NCBI GenBank assembly: GCA_904063045.1 | Contig: CAJFCJ010000018.1 | Coordinates: 682,001-746,000, forward strand | Source: Dimorphilus gyrociliatus | Lineage: Eukaryota; Animalia; Annelida | Reading direction: 5' to 3' | DNA length: 64,000 nt | In this document: one piece after another, positions 23,408 through 38,000 of the stretch | How positions within the stretch are numbered: the stretch's first letter is position 1 | Layout of the letters: every line of letters starts with the position of its first letter | The notes under the pieces: generated by a model | What the model saw: the letters and a program-made list of their open reading frames with translations, nothing else | Database searches by the model: none | What the model was told of the DNA's origin: nothing | Made by a program: the position numbers and the translations under genes

Positions 23408-25751
23408 ATGGAAGTTCTCGGTAATCAAGATAACATTGAAAGCTTAAGGAAGGACATATTAGATGTTGAAGAAGTGATTTCAGATTTAGTATCCCGAGTT
23501 GGGCCTGTGAAATTTCAATCTTGGAAATATCCTAACAAACATTCATTTGATGTCAACAGTAAAGAAATAGTGGACTTATATTCTTACGATTCGGATGATG
23601 AAGAAACTAACCAACTAGCACACATAATTCTTTTCGAACTGTTAATTGATAGGTTTTTATTCGTTGTCCAGTTATCTACTTTTTTAATAGAGAAACAAGC
23701 TTCGTTGTCAAGTGATAGTACTATAGGTCTGTCAGTGAAAAAATTTTCATCTACATTAATCAAGTCGTCTAGAGCTATGACTTCGGCAAGTAACAGAAGT
23801 TCAAATAAGGCAAGAATTTCAAGCGCAACAGAAAGGGAAACTAGGCCTACCACATCTCATACATCTCGAGCCTCAACTGTGTTGGCAGTTCCACTTGGAA
23901 GAGATGAATATAATAAAGCCATACAAACTATAGAAACAGAGTTTGTTCCGTGTGAGGAATGTTTCAAAGTTCAAAGTTACCTAAAAAAATTAGCTTATTC
24001 GTTAATTGGAGTTTGCAAGGAAACGTCTATACCTAGTTCTATGGAAGATCACGTGGCAAAAGTAGAGGTTTGATTTATTTTTAGTATTGTACTTTTTAAA
24101 TATTTTGAAATTCTTACATATTTAGGAACTACCTTGGTTAACGTCATCTGATATAAGCCGGTGGATATCTGAACAAAATAAGGACGTCTCTAGAATATGT
24201 AAACAAATAACAAGTCTTTCTTCAAAAATTCCGCCTCTAGAAAAAAAAATTGAGCTGCTTGAGCGCGATTTAAAGAATGAACGGGAAAAATATGATAGAG
24301 AGACTAAGAAGTTAAAAAAAGAACTTAACGAAACAAAAACAACTTGTCGAGGATGGAGAGATCGGGTTGAAGATTTAAAAAAATCTTTGACCGATTCGGA
24401 AGCTAAAGTAAAAGAGCAACATGAAGAGATAAAAAGCTTTCTGGAAAAGCAGAATATCTATGATTCACTAGAAGACTCGGTTATGGAAACAAAAAAGGAA
24501 ATGGAGATCCTAAAGGATCAACTGGAAGTGACCAAGGGAGATAATAATGAATTACAGAAATCTCTTTCAAAGCTCGAAGACGAGCTGCGGAACACTATAA
24601 AAGAAAATAATATGTTAAAAGACGACTTAGAATCGGCAATTAAAATAAAGGAAGTATTCAAAACCAAACAATCTGGTCTTTTATCAGATATTGAAGAAAT
24701 CGCCGACGAAAACGGGAACTTGAGGAAAAAGTTAGCACAGCTGGAAAAAAACTATGAGGAAAAATTGAAGGGTATTAAACGAGACATCGACACAGAGGAG
24801 CGACTTCAACAATTAAAGAGAGAACTGGAAAGAAGGCATGACAGAGAAATGAGTAGAGTTGAGAGGGAAAATGACGAATTGATTAGAAAAAGTCGAGAGT
24901 TAGAAGAAAAGTTAAAGACAATTGTCAAGTATCCGGAGACGGCTCCGCCACCGCCTTCTTCTGATGGCAACCAAAAGACTGATATCATTACAGATATGAA
25001 GAAACAGATCGACGCCAACAGCTTGAGAATCGAAACTCTCAGGGACGAAAACCAGCGGCTCGAACAATCTGTTGGTAGGATATCGAAGGCTATGGAACCA
25101 TCGTTTCAAGAGCGAGGTAAAACGTATACCAAAGAGAGTAATGAAAAACAATATGACCTGCTTAAAATCGACGACAGAGCAAGTACATTTCACTCTGATA
25201 CTGACCGATATGACTTTGACAATATGACCGCAATGGAGGAAAAGAAAGAACTTTCAAGGTGGGCAGAAAACGCCTTTCCAAAAGAACTACGAGATATTTC
25301 TTATACTGGTAAGAAAGATCACGTAGAAAGGAGAAAGAGCGATGACTTTCCTAATGAAGAGGGTAAAGTAAGACTTTGGGATAGGGATAATACTTCTACG
25401 AAAAGAGCAAGCTCGGCAAAGAAAATGCCAACAATTACGCCGAAGATTGACAATCCAAAGCCGCCTGTAAGAGATGGATTTAATCCAAGTCTTGCAGCCT
25501 ATACTAAACTTAAGAACGCGGCTGGGACGAAAAAAGCTTTCGGTAAGAATTGTTTGAATGTCATCAATTTTTCCATAGGCACTAAAGAAAAAGGCCTAGG
25601 CTTGCATGACGTATCTTACAGTAGAAAACGTGCAACGTTGTCTAACGGAAATTATCTTTTTTCAGAAGCAACTAACTGTCAGAAATGTGGTAGAAGTTTC
25701 TCTACAGTATCGGCCAAGGAATTACATTATCTCAATTGTAGAAAACGATAG
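23408..25751 (+). CDS. CCDC157: Coiled-coil domain-containing protein 157-like with C-terminal C2HC finger
   Basis: N-terminus LGNQDNIESLRKDILDVEEVISDLVSRVGPVKFQSWKYP..ILFELLIDRF resembles CCDC157. An intron at about 24068-24128 is followed by a long coiled-coil exon. Confidence 0.85.
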
Positions 25752-26366
25752 ACCAACGTGGTAGCATAACGTTCACAATTAAATATCTATATCAAGTCCG
25801 TCCATTTTTTCAATAAATTTTCATAAATGTAACGTTTATTAAGGTTACGGATAAATACCATGCGCGAGCATGATGTAACTTGAATACATTCGTCAAATTA
25901 ATCAAACAACGGTTCTTGCGTTAAGCTTTAGAGGCCATTATCGCTCCGCACATGGAATTTTCTGAATTTACTTGGACCTGTTGTACAGAAATTCGTTGTT
26001 AAAAAATACAGGAATTATTTAGCTATTCGCTCATTTACCTGGCACGCATCTTCCTCCTCTTTCTCTTTAGACGTCGCATGCGCTTCTTACGCCACTAAAA
26101 AAAGAATCACTATATTGCTAAAGAAATCAAGAAATTTACGATGAAAGCACATACCTTAGCCCTCATTCTTCAAATATAGTTATATTATGTATCGAATTTG
26201 TAAAATTCGAAAAGTTTTACTGCTAAATCACCCAATTAAGTGTGATTTTTTCAGATGTGAAGGTGCGGCGATCCTTCTCGTTCAATGCCGTACCGGAAAA
26301 GGAAGCATGCTACCAAGCGAAATTCGAAAGTCAAAACGAGGCAAATCCGAAACGGATTTTTCCAAC

Positions 26367-28884
26367 ATGGCGGCTGTTGTCAAAACGGGGCCAAATACCG
26401 AAATTTCTAACGACAAAAAGGCCTTATTAGCTGTTTTGCAATATTTAAGGAAAAATAGTTTTACGGTGACTATTTGCAATTAAATTTTCTTACAAACTCG
26501 AACGTTAACGCTATTATTTCCATATTTCGTCTGCTGATTAGGGCGCTGAAGAACTTCTTCGTAAAGAGGCAAATTTACAGGAGGAAGATCTAACATCTGT
26601 ACAGGTAGAAGAAGCTGTAAAAGATGTAACAAAAGCTTTAGCTATATATCAACAGTTAGTTTGAAGTCAATTTCTATTATAAGTTTATAAATTCTTGATA
26701 TCTCTTCAAGTGCCGGCGAAACATCACGATACCAAAGTGCCTACAATGATTTACTGTCTTTCATTGATAGCCAGTTAGACGCTCACAAGGTAAACTTTTA
26801 TTGAATGCATTCCTTAAATTTTAAATAATTTATTAGAGCCCGACTAATTTAAATTACAATCTTTTAAAGGTAGAACTGACGACCCTGCTGTATCCGGCAT
26901 TTGTTCATATGTATCTTATGTTGGTTTACAATGAGCACTATCCTGAAGGTAACTCTTAATTTTCTCATATAGATCATGAATACAGTGAAATTCTTTACAC
27001 TTTAGCAAGGGACTTTTTCGATCATTTCCATGATAAACAAGAACATTATTATGAGGAAGACATTATCAAATTATCTACCATTCAGAAGAGAGAACATATG
27101 TTGTCCAGTCAACTTATGAATTCTTTTAGAATTAACAAATTCACAATTAGAATGTCTCGAGAATCTTACACCCATTTTAAACGATACCTGCAAGAGAAGA
27201 AACATGAACTATTATTGACAATAGTCCAAGAACATTTTTTAGTAGATGGTAATTATTAACTTTTCATGTTATAGCTTCGTTAACGTATACAACATTTCTA
27301 GTTTTCGAGGGTCGACCACGAACAAGACAACAGATTGTATCAACAGCTGGAGGGTTTATTGGAGAGGCTGAAAAAAATTCCAACAAGTTAAAGGTCTACT
27401 ACGGTCTTCTTAGGGAACCTGATTTAAATGTAAATTTTGACGTGGAGGAAGAAGTTGGGGAGGGCGATGGAGATAAACCGAAGAAGAAAAAACCTAAAAA
27501 AGATGCTGCTTTTCTTCGAAAAACAAAAGCAGATCCTAATGCTCCATCTAATACTCGCATTCCTTTACCCGAAATGTAATATTTTTTCTTTTAATAACTT
27601 TCATTTGATAAGAGTGAACTTTTAAATTCAGAACGGACAATGATAAAGTGGAAAAAGTGAAGATTTTAAAAGATTTCGCGAAAAGGGTTATTATTGGGCC
27701 AGACAATCCACCATCAGTGTGTTTCTATACGTTTACTAACTCCTCTTTAGGGTATGTAAATATTTTTTAAGTTTTTAAGCCTAGATAATTTCATTTATTT
27801 ATTTTTTTCAATTAGAGCTACCTCTGCCTGTTATAGCGATGATAGTACCTTGTTAGCGGCTTCTTTCAATGACTCTAATATCAGAATTTGGAGTATTACT
27901 CGAAATTTATTAACTGCCATAAAGTTACCATCTGAACTAGAAATCCTAGACCGTGATGCCGATGACATACAACAAAAAATGATGGATGAGACAACGGGAA
28001 AAGAGAGACGAGTCTTGAAAGGTCATACGAAAGCTGTATATGCTTGCACTTTTAGCCCCGACGCCCAATATTTAATAAGTTGCAGTGCAGACTCTTCAAG
28101 TAAATTGAAATGCTTAAATTTTTACAAAACATAAAGTCTTTTTGTTTTTAGTCAGACTATGGAGTACGAAAACGTGGACTTGCCTAGTTTCTTATCAAGG
28201 TCATAATTATCCAGTATGGGACGTTAAGTTTAGTAAACATGGCCATTATTTTGTCTCTGGGAGTGCTGATAAAACAGCACGTTTGTGGTCAACAGACCAT
28301 TACCAACCTTTAAGAATTTTTGCAGGGCATTTATCGGATGTTGATGTTGGTTTACTAGTCTAGCTAGTTTCTTGATAATGTTCGGTTTTCTTTTTCAGTG
28401 CGTCCAATTTCATCCTAATTCCAACTATATAGCTACTGGTTCTTCAGACAGAACGATACGGTTGTGGGATGTTCATAATGGTGCCTGTGTAAGAATTTTG
28501 ACAGGGCATAAAGGTCCAATTCAAACTTTATGCTTCTCTGTTGATGGTCGCTATTTAACGTCAGCTGGCAGTGATAAAAATATTCTACTCTGGGATTTAG
28601 CCAATGGCGACTTAGTTACTCAGTTAACGGGACATTCAGATGTAATATATACTCTGGGTTTCAGCCGGGATGGTGGAACGTTAGCGTCTGGCGGATTAGA
28701 CAATACAGTGAGAATCTGGGATTTGAATAGGATTTTCGAAGAACAAGAGGCTGGAGAGTCTGTTTCTACAACGTCAACAGGATATCAGTTGAAATGCTAT
28801 CGAACGAAGAATACCCCTGTGTTAAATGTTCATTTTACAAGAAAGAACTTACTGTTAGCGACTGGAACATTTGAAAGTAGTTAA
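26367..28884 (+). CDS. TAF5: TFIID subunit 5 (LisH, NTD2, WD40 repeats), multi-exon
   Basis: MAAVVK..LLAVLQYLRKNSF (LisH); ELTTLLYPAFVHMYLMLVYN (NTD2); WD40 motifs GHNYPVWDVKFS, DKTARLWSTD, GHLSDVD|CVQFHPNSNYIATGSSDRTIRLWD. Confidence 0.95.
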
Positions 28885-29071
28885 ATTTAAAAAAACTGTA
28901 ACTGCTTTTTTTTATTACGTGTTATACATAAAAATTAATCACACTGTATCTGGGATGGAATAATTATTTGGCGTGCAGAGACAAATAAGTAAAATACAAT
29001 ATTAATAATACTCTGGTATACAGCAGTATAAGGCGTAGCGTATCACAGCACTAAAGTTAATAAATTTATAT

Positions 29072-32000
29072 TTAATTGTCCAATTGACATAATAAAGCGA
29101 CGCCACGTCCAATCCAATGCTCAGGTGGTTTATCAGATGGTATCATCATTCCTATAACAAAGTTGGTAGAATGACCAGTTGTCGATAACACTCCTCTTCT
29201 TTCACTTGTTTTGTAAACAGGACATTTATAACTTGGACGTTCTGGTATATCCGAACGTTTCGCTGGGATGATATGTATAGTCGGCATTGTATCCCAAAGC
29301 ACCTTTGGATGACTTTCATTTAATTTCTTTGTTATTCTATCCCATCTTGCTCCGTCAACAAAAAGTCCTTTAATGTAGGCTCCGTCTTCGGGAGCTGTTT
29401 TATAATCTTTATCATCCAATACATCGTAATCAAAGCCTAGTAAATCTATAGGGATAGTGTATTTTCGAGCAAAATTCTGCTGGACGCCAGTCAAGAATGC
29501 TTGTGTAAAGAAAAAGCCAGAAACCCAGAAAACTGGGGGAGCGTTATTATCATACCAATCTTGTAAAAATTGAAGCCTGGCTAAAAAGTCGTTTACGTAT
29601 GATCCAAGAGGTTTCAGAGATGGATAAGATTTCTTCATCCACATTCCAGGAATTCTACCTTTCAAAACTGAAAGGACTACTTCTTCCAAATCGGAGGACA
29701 TGACAACTAGACCCTTTATGGCTTTTCGAACGTTTTGAAGAGACGAGCGGATTGTTGAGAGGAGCTTATTAAATCTAACCATTTCTTGAACAAGAACAGT
29801 ATTCATTGACTGTTTATAAGATGTAGGGAACTTTCTCAAAGCTGACTCTGTATCGAAATCCTTGGGAAGTTTCTTCAGTATATCCTCAGCAACTTCATCC
29901 ACAACTTCATCAGTACTCTTGCCGCCAGAACTGCTTGAAGCTTTAGCCTATAACGATGGAAATAAAAAATTTAAAAATGAACTAGTAAAATCTATATTAT
30001 TTATTGAAAAACAGTTTCATCTGATATCTTGTTCAATGTCACTATTTTTTCATGTTTTTTTTAATTAATTAAATGATATCAAGAGGAAACTGTAGTTTTT
30101 GTTTAAAAAAAGACCATCAAAAGAGGTAAGTTTAATGATCTAAAATTTTGTTAATAGAGAAGCATTTGTTAATGGAAGATAAGCTGTACTAAACTTACTC
30201 TATTATTTTCGTATACAATTATATAATTTTTAAAATAACGTTATCTATTGTTAGTTAGTATTTAAAATTGGCCTTTGGATAGGTGAAAAAAGTATTTGAA
30301 GGCTAAAATAATTAGAGGAATCTTCATGCATTTAAAGGGCAAGCATCATTATTGAGAAGAGATCATAATTAAAAATGAAATGGAATAGTTATATATAACA
30401 TGGTAAAATAAATATTTTATCGTAGTAAGATAGTCATTAAATATGATTGAACAATCATTAACTATAATTCTTACCCTTTTCTGTAAGAAAAAAGGAAAAA
30501 CAAATCAAAACAAAAATATAAATGATGCAAAACATGGATTGTAAACATTTTCGTAGCCATTTAGTAGTAACCGTTCATTGAATAAAAGAGAATTGTTTTT
30601 GCATGCTTTAAAATTTTTCCTATTCATTCGTCGTTAGTAAAAAAATTGCATATTAACACAGAATTTTCTCCATTATCACAAGAGATTGAGAATAGTCAAT
30701 TCTTTCTTATGATTTCGTAATATTGGAGAAATATTTATAAATTCAATTGTTTTGCTGTGTTTTTTTTTTTTAACATGCCTCAGTACAGAAAATATAAAAC
30801 ATGTATAAATTGAATGCTTGAACAATATTTATCATGCTCCTTACCGCAATATCAGCCTTTAATTTGGAGAATTTAAGAATATTTTAATTACTAATTTTTA
30901 TGTTTCAACGCTTAAATGTCTCAACTCTTAAATATTTTTTGTTACGTTATGTAACGGGATCTCTGTAAATCCTTTAATAATTAATCAAACGAAGCTGGTG
31001 CGCTTTCACTCCAAACAAGCGTGTTTATATAAATTTTAATAGAAAGTTTTTCTATCTTACCTGTGTTAATAAGATATTATCAAATAATAGTCTTGTTTCA
31101 TTTTGATCCTTTGTAATATCTGCATTGCCGTGCATCCCAAATACTTCAGGCGAAGGGTTCAAGGGAAGTGTCTTTGTATATTCTATGTAGCTATCATAGT
31201 CTCCATCTGCTGGAACATAATATAGACCTGAATTGTCGAAGCAATATTTCTCTTTCTCTACAAGGTCGATAGTATAGAATTTTTTAAGTAAAGTTAGTAA
31301 AGTTCTTCTATCCCAATCGTCAGTAACACGACCACCGTAATTACATTCTCCCTGGAAAATGGTTTCAGTATAATTTAAATTATCGAACAAGTTTTAAAAG
31401 ATTACCGTTAGATATCTTAATGCATCATACTGCACATCGTCGTATTGATTTAAAAACATGTGCAACTGTTGAACACTAATTCTTAAATCTGTTTCATTGT
31501 ATTCGTATGGTATATTCCAGCCAAGAGGTCCAAACTTTCTTCTTTCTTGAATGAGAGCATGAAAGAAGCATAAGCCGTATAACATTCTCTTCCAAGCAGA
31601 TTGTTGGGTACAGGTACTAAAGAATTCTGGATCGGAAATGGGATCGCTCAAATACGATCTAACGATATTAAATCTTAGTCCTTTCGGTGGTTCGTTTGTC
31701 ATTTTTACACCATTTTGCAATATTGAAACGGGAAACTGTTCGGAAGGGTATGATGTCAGCCACAACCTGAAATCAGGGTGAGTTCTATCTGCCGATAATT
31801 CTTCACACACTTTTTCCAAGGTTGGCATCCAGCTAGCGGCAAGATGACAATTTTGCAGAACAACCCATGTACCTTCTTTTGTACCTTTTTCTATCATTTT
31901 GAGAGCGATTGGTCCCTGACCTTGGCCAAGTGATAATGAATCAAACTTTGCGCCACCGAAACCCATATCGTCAGCGAACTTTAGCAGAGCATTTACAGGA

Positions 32001-35000
32001 TCAGCTCCCGGAGACAGTACAAATAGTAGAGGACTAATACATGTAGAATCATTGTAAGACTTCGGCAAATCAAAGGGAGGTGGTTCAATGTATTTTTTAC
32101 CAATGTTACTTGTTACAAAATCCTGAACTGCAGGTACAATTTTGTCTGGTCGCAGACAGCGCAAAACTAACATTTTCTGAAATTTTCCTAATTTCTCTTG
32201 AAATTCACCAGGAAGATCATGATTCTGGGGATCGACACTATCATAGAAACCCTTCCAGTCATCTTTATAAGTGATAAATTTGTGGCGAATAGTTTTGAAC
32301 TTGCTCAAATCATCCAGTCTGCAAATTTCATCCCAACCCGTGGAGGGTAACCATGCTGTTGGGTTTGTATGAGGATTCTCCAAACCGATTCCGCCTGTAA
32401 GTAAGAAGCGCCATTCTTCTTCATCAACCAATTTGTCGTGTTTTAAAATATTGACACAAAGTAAGAAAGAGAATAATAGTTTGTCTTTTTCAAATAAGGA
32501 ACGGCAAACATTAGAGTATAAGGAATATGTAAAGTGATCTTTCAAATTTGATAAACGCTTTTCCAAATCATCTGACTTTTCCGCGTTTTCAATTGACATT
32601 ATAAAGAGATTGATAAACCACGTTAAGGAATATTGATACATAGGATCGATGTTTGCCAAATCAGCAATTGAGAAGAATAAGATAGTTGAATGTACCGCAA
32701 TAGGTGTGTATCCCAATCTGGTAGAATCAATCTTCTTCTCCGTTTCTTCGGCGATTGCTTGTTTCTCGCTAATTTCGTTAGCTAGCACCTTGGACGAGGA
32801 AAGTACTTTAATAGCAGTTTCATCTTCCAAAATGTTTCCTTCTGATGCAGATAGAACTTGTAAAATTCTATCTTCAATTTCTTTAAGCTGTCTCTTATTT
32901 TCTGCTGATTGAACAATTAGTTGATTTTTCTCCTCTTCGAGTTCAGGTCTTTCTTTCGCTACCACAATACCCAGTAATTGATCTTGAAGACCTTCTGGAG
33001 TTATCATGAAATTTAACAATGTTACTTTCACAGCAGTTTCGGGTAGATAATGAGGATTTCTAAGTTTAGTTGTCATATAGAAACGGAAATCATGTGAATA
33101 TTCAATGACCGAGTCTCCCAATTTTATACAGATAGATCCACCTTGTTTAAAGGTTTGTTTAAGTAAAAGAGGTTCTAAAATAGGATCAATTTCTTCGCCA
33201 ATGTTTTCCATCAAAACAGGAGTACCAAATTGTATGCAATTTTCCAAAGTTCTCACGAAATCAGAATCTGACAGCTTTATTACGTGTAAATTATTTGTTC
33301 TTTCCATATTTTTTACCCATTTGTTTGCTTGGCCTTGTGGATCTATCATCAAAGGCCATCTTCGAGCATTTGAAATAATTATTCCATTATCTACTGAGAA
33401 TAAATCAGTTGGTAGACCATCAATGTTCCATTTTCTAATCTCAACTGGATTTCCTAATGTTGCTGCTAAGGAAAATTCTGCTGAACAAGGTATTTGTTTT
33501 TCCTTAACTGTCTCAATCCATTCATTCACTTGGTCTTGCCTGAATGCCGAAGTAAACGCTCCGAGATAAGCAATAACACCTGAAGACACCAAAACATCGC
33601 CAGTTAGGTTTTCATATTTTAGGCCAAGGTCTGAGGCAGCTTGAGACCATCTTTCCTTTTCTCCACCAAGTCCGCCAATGAGTTGTTCAGCTCTCTCTAA
33701 CTTCTTCTCGACAAGCTCTACTTGGTTCTCTAAATCGACTTTCTTCTGCTTATTAGCTTCCAGCTCTTCTTGAAGTTTTGCCAGTTTATCTTGAACTTCT
33801 TTCAAAGCAGCTCGTTTCTTATTAAGCGATCCCATAGCGACAGCTAGCTCGCCTTCAGCCTGCTTGAGAGCTTCTTTCTTAGGTGCAACAACTTTGGCTA
33901 CTTTGTCATACTTTTCGATGGCTAAAACCCATCGAGCCAAGCCTTCGGCGGCTGTTGAAGCAACTTTAATCTTTTCTGGATCAAAACTAGGATTGCTCGA
34001 ATATTTAGATCTAATCGTTTTCATAATAGATACGGGAATATTATCTTTATCAAAATTGATTAAACTTTCCAAAAACTTCATATCACCCATCATTCTCTTG
34101 GATGGACCCCAGTAATCTTCAATTTTCTTACCTGTTCCTGCAGGATCAGGAACTCTCTCTGGTTTTATTGCCTTGAGAATACACACTGCTTCTAGAACTA
34201 ATCTTACCAGTGCCGGAGGAGCCACAAAATTTCTTACAACTCCAATATCCTGAGAGGTAAGAGTGTTCAAGGCCTGAATAGCTGAGTTTAAGATAGGCAT
34301 TGCTTCTGCTAAATCAGCATCACATTCATCTTTGATGCTCTGAGCCGTCCCGGCCTGTTCATTTGCAACTGCCTCTTCAGCTTTGACAACTTTTTCAACT
34401 TTGGCAACTTCAATACTTTCTTTCTCTACTTTTACCATTGCTACGTCTACTTCCTCGGATGCATTCTTGAGTTGAGGTTGAAGTTTTTTCAATTCTTGTT
34501 TCATTACCGAAACTTGACTTGCAGCTGATGCTAGCTTTTCTAATCCTACTTGGTATCTTCGTCGAGCTTGGCTGACTTCACTAAAAAGATATAAAAGAAT
34601 TAAATTTTAAAGAATTTTATAATTAACAGTTTTCATTACTTAAACTTTTCTCATGCAACATAAATGCAGTGCGTACATTTGATGAAAAATAAATAGCGAC
34701 TCTTCGCGCTATTTATTTACTGAGACATGTAATTATGAACTGATTTATTTACTTACTCTAAATCGCTAAAAGGATGGAGAAGGTAAATGTTATAATAGTA
34801 GGAATATCTTTACTCTCTTTCACACTTAATAATCTTTCAGAACTTGTAGCATTTACTCATTAATATCATTTGAACTTACTGTCTTTTTTTGTCCAATAGG
34901 GTCTTAAATGTGGAGATTAACTCCAGATATGATGTAGGCGTAACGTAGTTGTGTCTTTCTAATTCATTAAAGAATCTCTCGGATAAAACTCGAGTTGACG

Positions 35001-38000
35001 TATGGAATTTTTTACACATTGTGATGCACCCTTCCCGTACCTCTTCCGACATTTCGATGTCATCAAGGAATCTTGTAGCTACTGCTGTCAGAGCATCTTC
35101 AGGCCAAGATTGGAACCAATCAATTGTGCAACAATTCACAAGAGAGGGAAATTTTCGCAGACGATTTCTAAAAGCGTCTCCAATAGGTGACATAGCCAAA
35201 ACAACATGAAGTTGATCTCTGACTCTTTGAATGAACATGTTGAATAAAGCAACAGGCGTTCCATCGGTTTGTTTGGTCTTATCTCTTTGTCTATTGTGCA
35301 AAAACATTTAAGTATATGTAAAGAGAATAATTTAGATATATCTTACTTATCAATTTGTCTCATTTTATCACAGATTTCTTGTTTTTCGTCCAGTGGAAAT
35401 AAGTTGGGAACTTCACCAGCATTTAATAAGTTATTTATATCTTCAAGGAAAGACTCTTGTTTAATTTGTGTATCGGAAAACAAGAATACAGCATGCTGGT
35501 CTGTTTCAGTTGATTTTCTTAGAATTCTCTTCAAATCTTCTCGCCATTCAGTCATTGTATAACTCTTGCTGATTTCGACTTGGAAGATATCATAATCAGC
35601 CATATGAGCAGCTAGTCTGGTTAAAGATTGTCTTCCTGAACCACCAACTCCAACAAGAAGTGCATGGGACCTAGGCTGCTTGATCACTCTGCTAATTCTA
35701 GAGACATGCTCAATAGCGAAGCGAAACATAACTAAATTCATAGGCTTCCTTGACATATTATTGAATTCGTCCAAATATTGCTCCACAATATGACGTAATT
35801 GGTCGACATCTTTTACTTCTACATAATTATTTGCATCACTCTTCGGATCAGCAAAATCACAATAAATTAGAGATCTAAGATCATCTTCCGTAACTTTTCC
35901 GTCTGAATCTTGATCAAGAGTAATAAATAGGTCGTCAAAGTCTTCTTTCAACTCAGTAGAAATTATTTCTTTTATGTAATTGAATAACCACGATCTGTCA
36001 CTGTCAAATACTAGACGATCGTAAAAAACTCTGAAAACTTCATGAACCCAAAGTCTCTTCATAGCTTTGGGTTCTTCAAGAGTTTCTGGAGCCGATAATA
36101 GAACTCCTTGGATGACCCTAGCAAAATCTCGCAGATTGAATAAGTAATGGCTCTTGGCAGGAGTTGGCAACAAGTTATCCATAGCTCCTTTATACATTTT
36201 TAAAGTTCCGTTAACAACTTGATCAATGCAGGGTACGAAATCTCCAGCAAATCCTTTAACCATTAAGTGCCAATCAAGAATTGCTCTAAAAATTGATAAC
36301 ATACTGGAGTCATCAAATTCGTTAATGGTAACCGTGTTCAAGTGACGAAGGAATCGAGGAGTAATTGGATTTCTACCTCCTCCCGGAGGACCCATAGCGC
36401 CGATAAACTGTAGGTCCACTAGTTTTATAGGCGTAACATCTTTAAGGTCATACCAGTTCCAATGATCTAACCATTGTCGAAGTAATTCAATTGGTGGTTG
36501 GGCACCGTATTGCTCTCTGACAGGCATATTTAAATCGTCTACAAAAACCACAGCCTTCTTTCCAAGAGGAGGGCCGAATACTCCTTTCCTTCTCTTGTCC
36601 AATTTACTCATAACGATATTCTGAGTCTGATTGGCCGATGTTTGAGCGGAAAAGTTAACAATATTCGGTTTGTAAACTTCCTTTTCTAGTTTTTGCAGTA
36701 AAAAGTCAATTATGTATACACTCTTTCCAGTTCCTGTTGGTCCAACAAATAGGCAAGGCTTCGAATGAGTTACTAATAATCTCATTATTGCTTCATATCG
36801 TACAGTATCAACTGTAGGAACGATAATTTCATTGAATAAAGCATCTTTAGGTATTGGAGGCGCATCTTTAATAGCTTCAGCCCAAGGTATCCATTTTCCT
36901 AACCCCTATTAACAAATTAATATTAAATTTTAGAATTTTTTCCATAAAATGCCGCCATAATAATTAAAGTAAGTTTGTTTCTTTTAGAATCATCAATAAA
37001 ATCAAAAAAGCTTATAAAGCAAGTTAATTTGATTATTCTTGTATCTTATAAAACCTTTGTCATATAATATTTCTTTCCAAAATCGTCCTCAATTTCATCT
37101 TTTTCAATCTAATTTTAGGTTAACACGTCAAACAAAAGGATAAAAAAAAGCGGAAATATTTGTATAGAAGACTACGATAACGATGAAAAAACTTTCAAAC
37201 CTGTTTAGCAAATCTGTAATCATAGATAGAACCTTCTTTCGGAAGAGGGGTGATATAAGGTTTATTGGGTCCAGCAGTAAGTTCCAATAAATTAAGTTTT
37301 GTTCTAGTTTCCTCAGTCATTCCACCCTGTTAATTGAGTTAATAGAAATTTCAAATCGAAAAAATAATATTACATTCATATATAAAAAGAATATTCAATG
37401 CAGCTTTAAAAATATAATAAGACAACATAAACAAAAAACAGGCTATGTGTTCATGCGAAGTAGCGAATTTATTCTCGTTTCTCTTCCAATGGAATCCAAT
37501 TAATCTGTTATACATTAGTTTGCAAAAAAAGAAATGACTAAAAAATGAATAATATGCAATGATGAATGGAATATTTGATTTGAAATTTTTCTCTAATTCT
37601 ATTCCATAAACTTTAAATCGAATCTTGCAAAAAGGAAAAAATGAGAAAAATTTTTCAAATATCTCTTCATCAATTTTATATCAAATCATGCTCTTTCGTT
37701 CATGTTGCAGTGCTATTTCCTATAATAAGTATTATACAGGAGTGATAATGCATTAATGAATAAAGGGTTGAACTATTTCTTATAGGTTTCAGATAATTTG
37801 TCCCTTATACTAACGATTTCTTTCTCAGCGTCTAAATCAACCTCTAAGTTGACAAAGTACGCTAATTCTTTTAGTAAATTTTTTCTCATTTCCGGCCAGG
37901 AACTTTCGTAAGTCTAAGTTATGTTTTAATAATAAAGTTTTTAATTAATAAATCAATAAAAAGCTTAAAGTAGTAGTAATTAATTAGTACTTGTAGTAAC

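Noticed and set aside
26075-26083. CGCATGCGC, NRF1-like, upstream of TAF5
   Set aside because: A single imperfect short match, plausible but not supportable alone.
33105-33569. 154-aa plus-strand ORF and other ORFs antisense to DNAH7 (32080, 32649, 33864, 34949, 35002, 35269, 39556, 43404)
   Set aside because: Shadow frames of a highly conserved minus-strand CDS, with no independent protein features.
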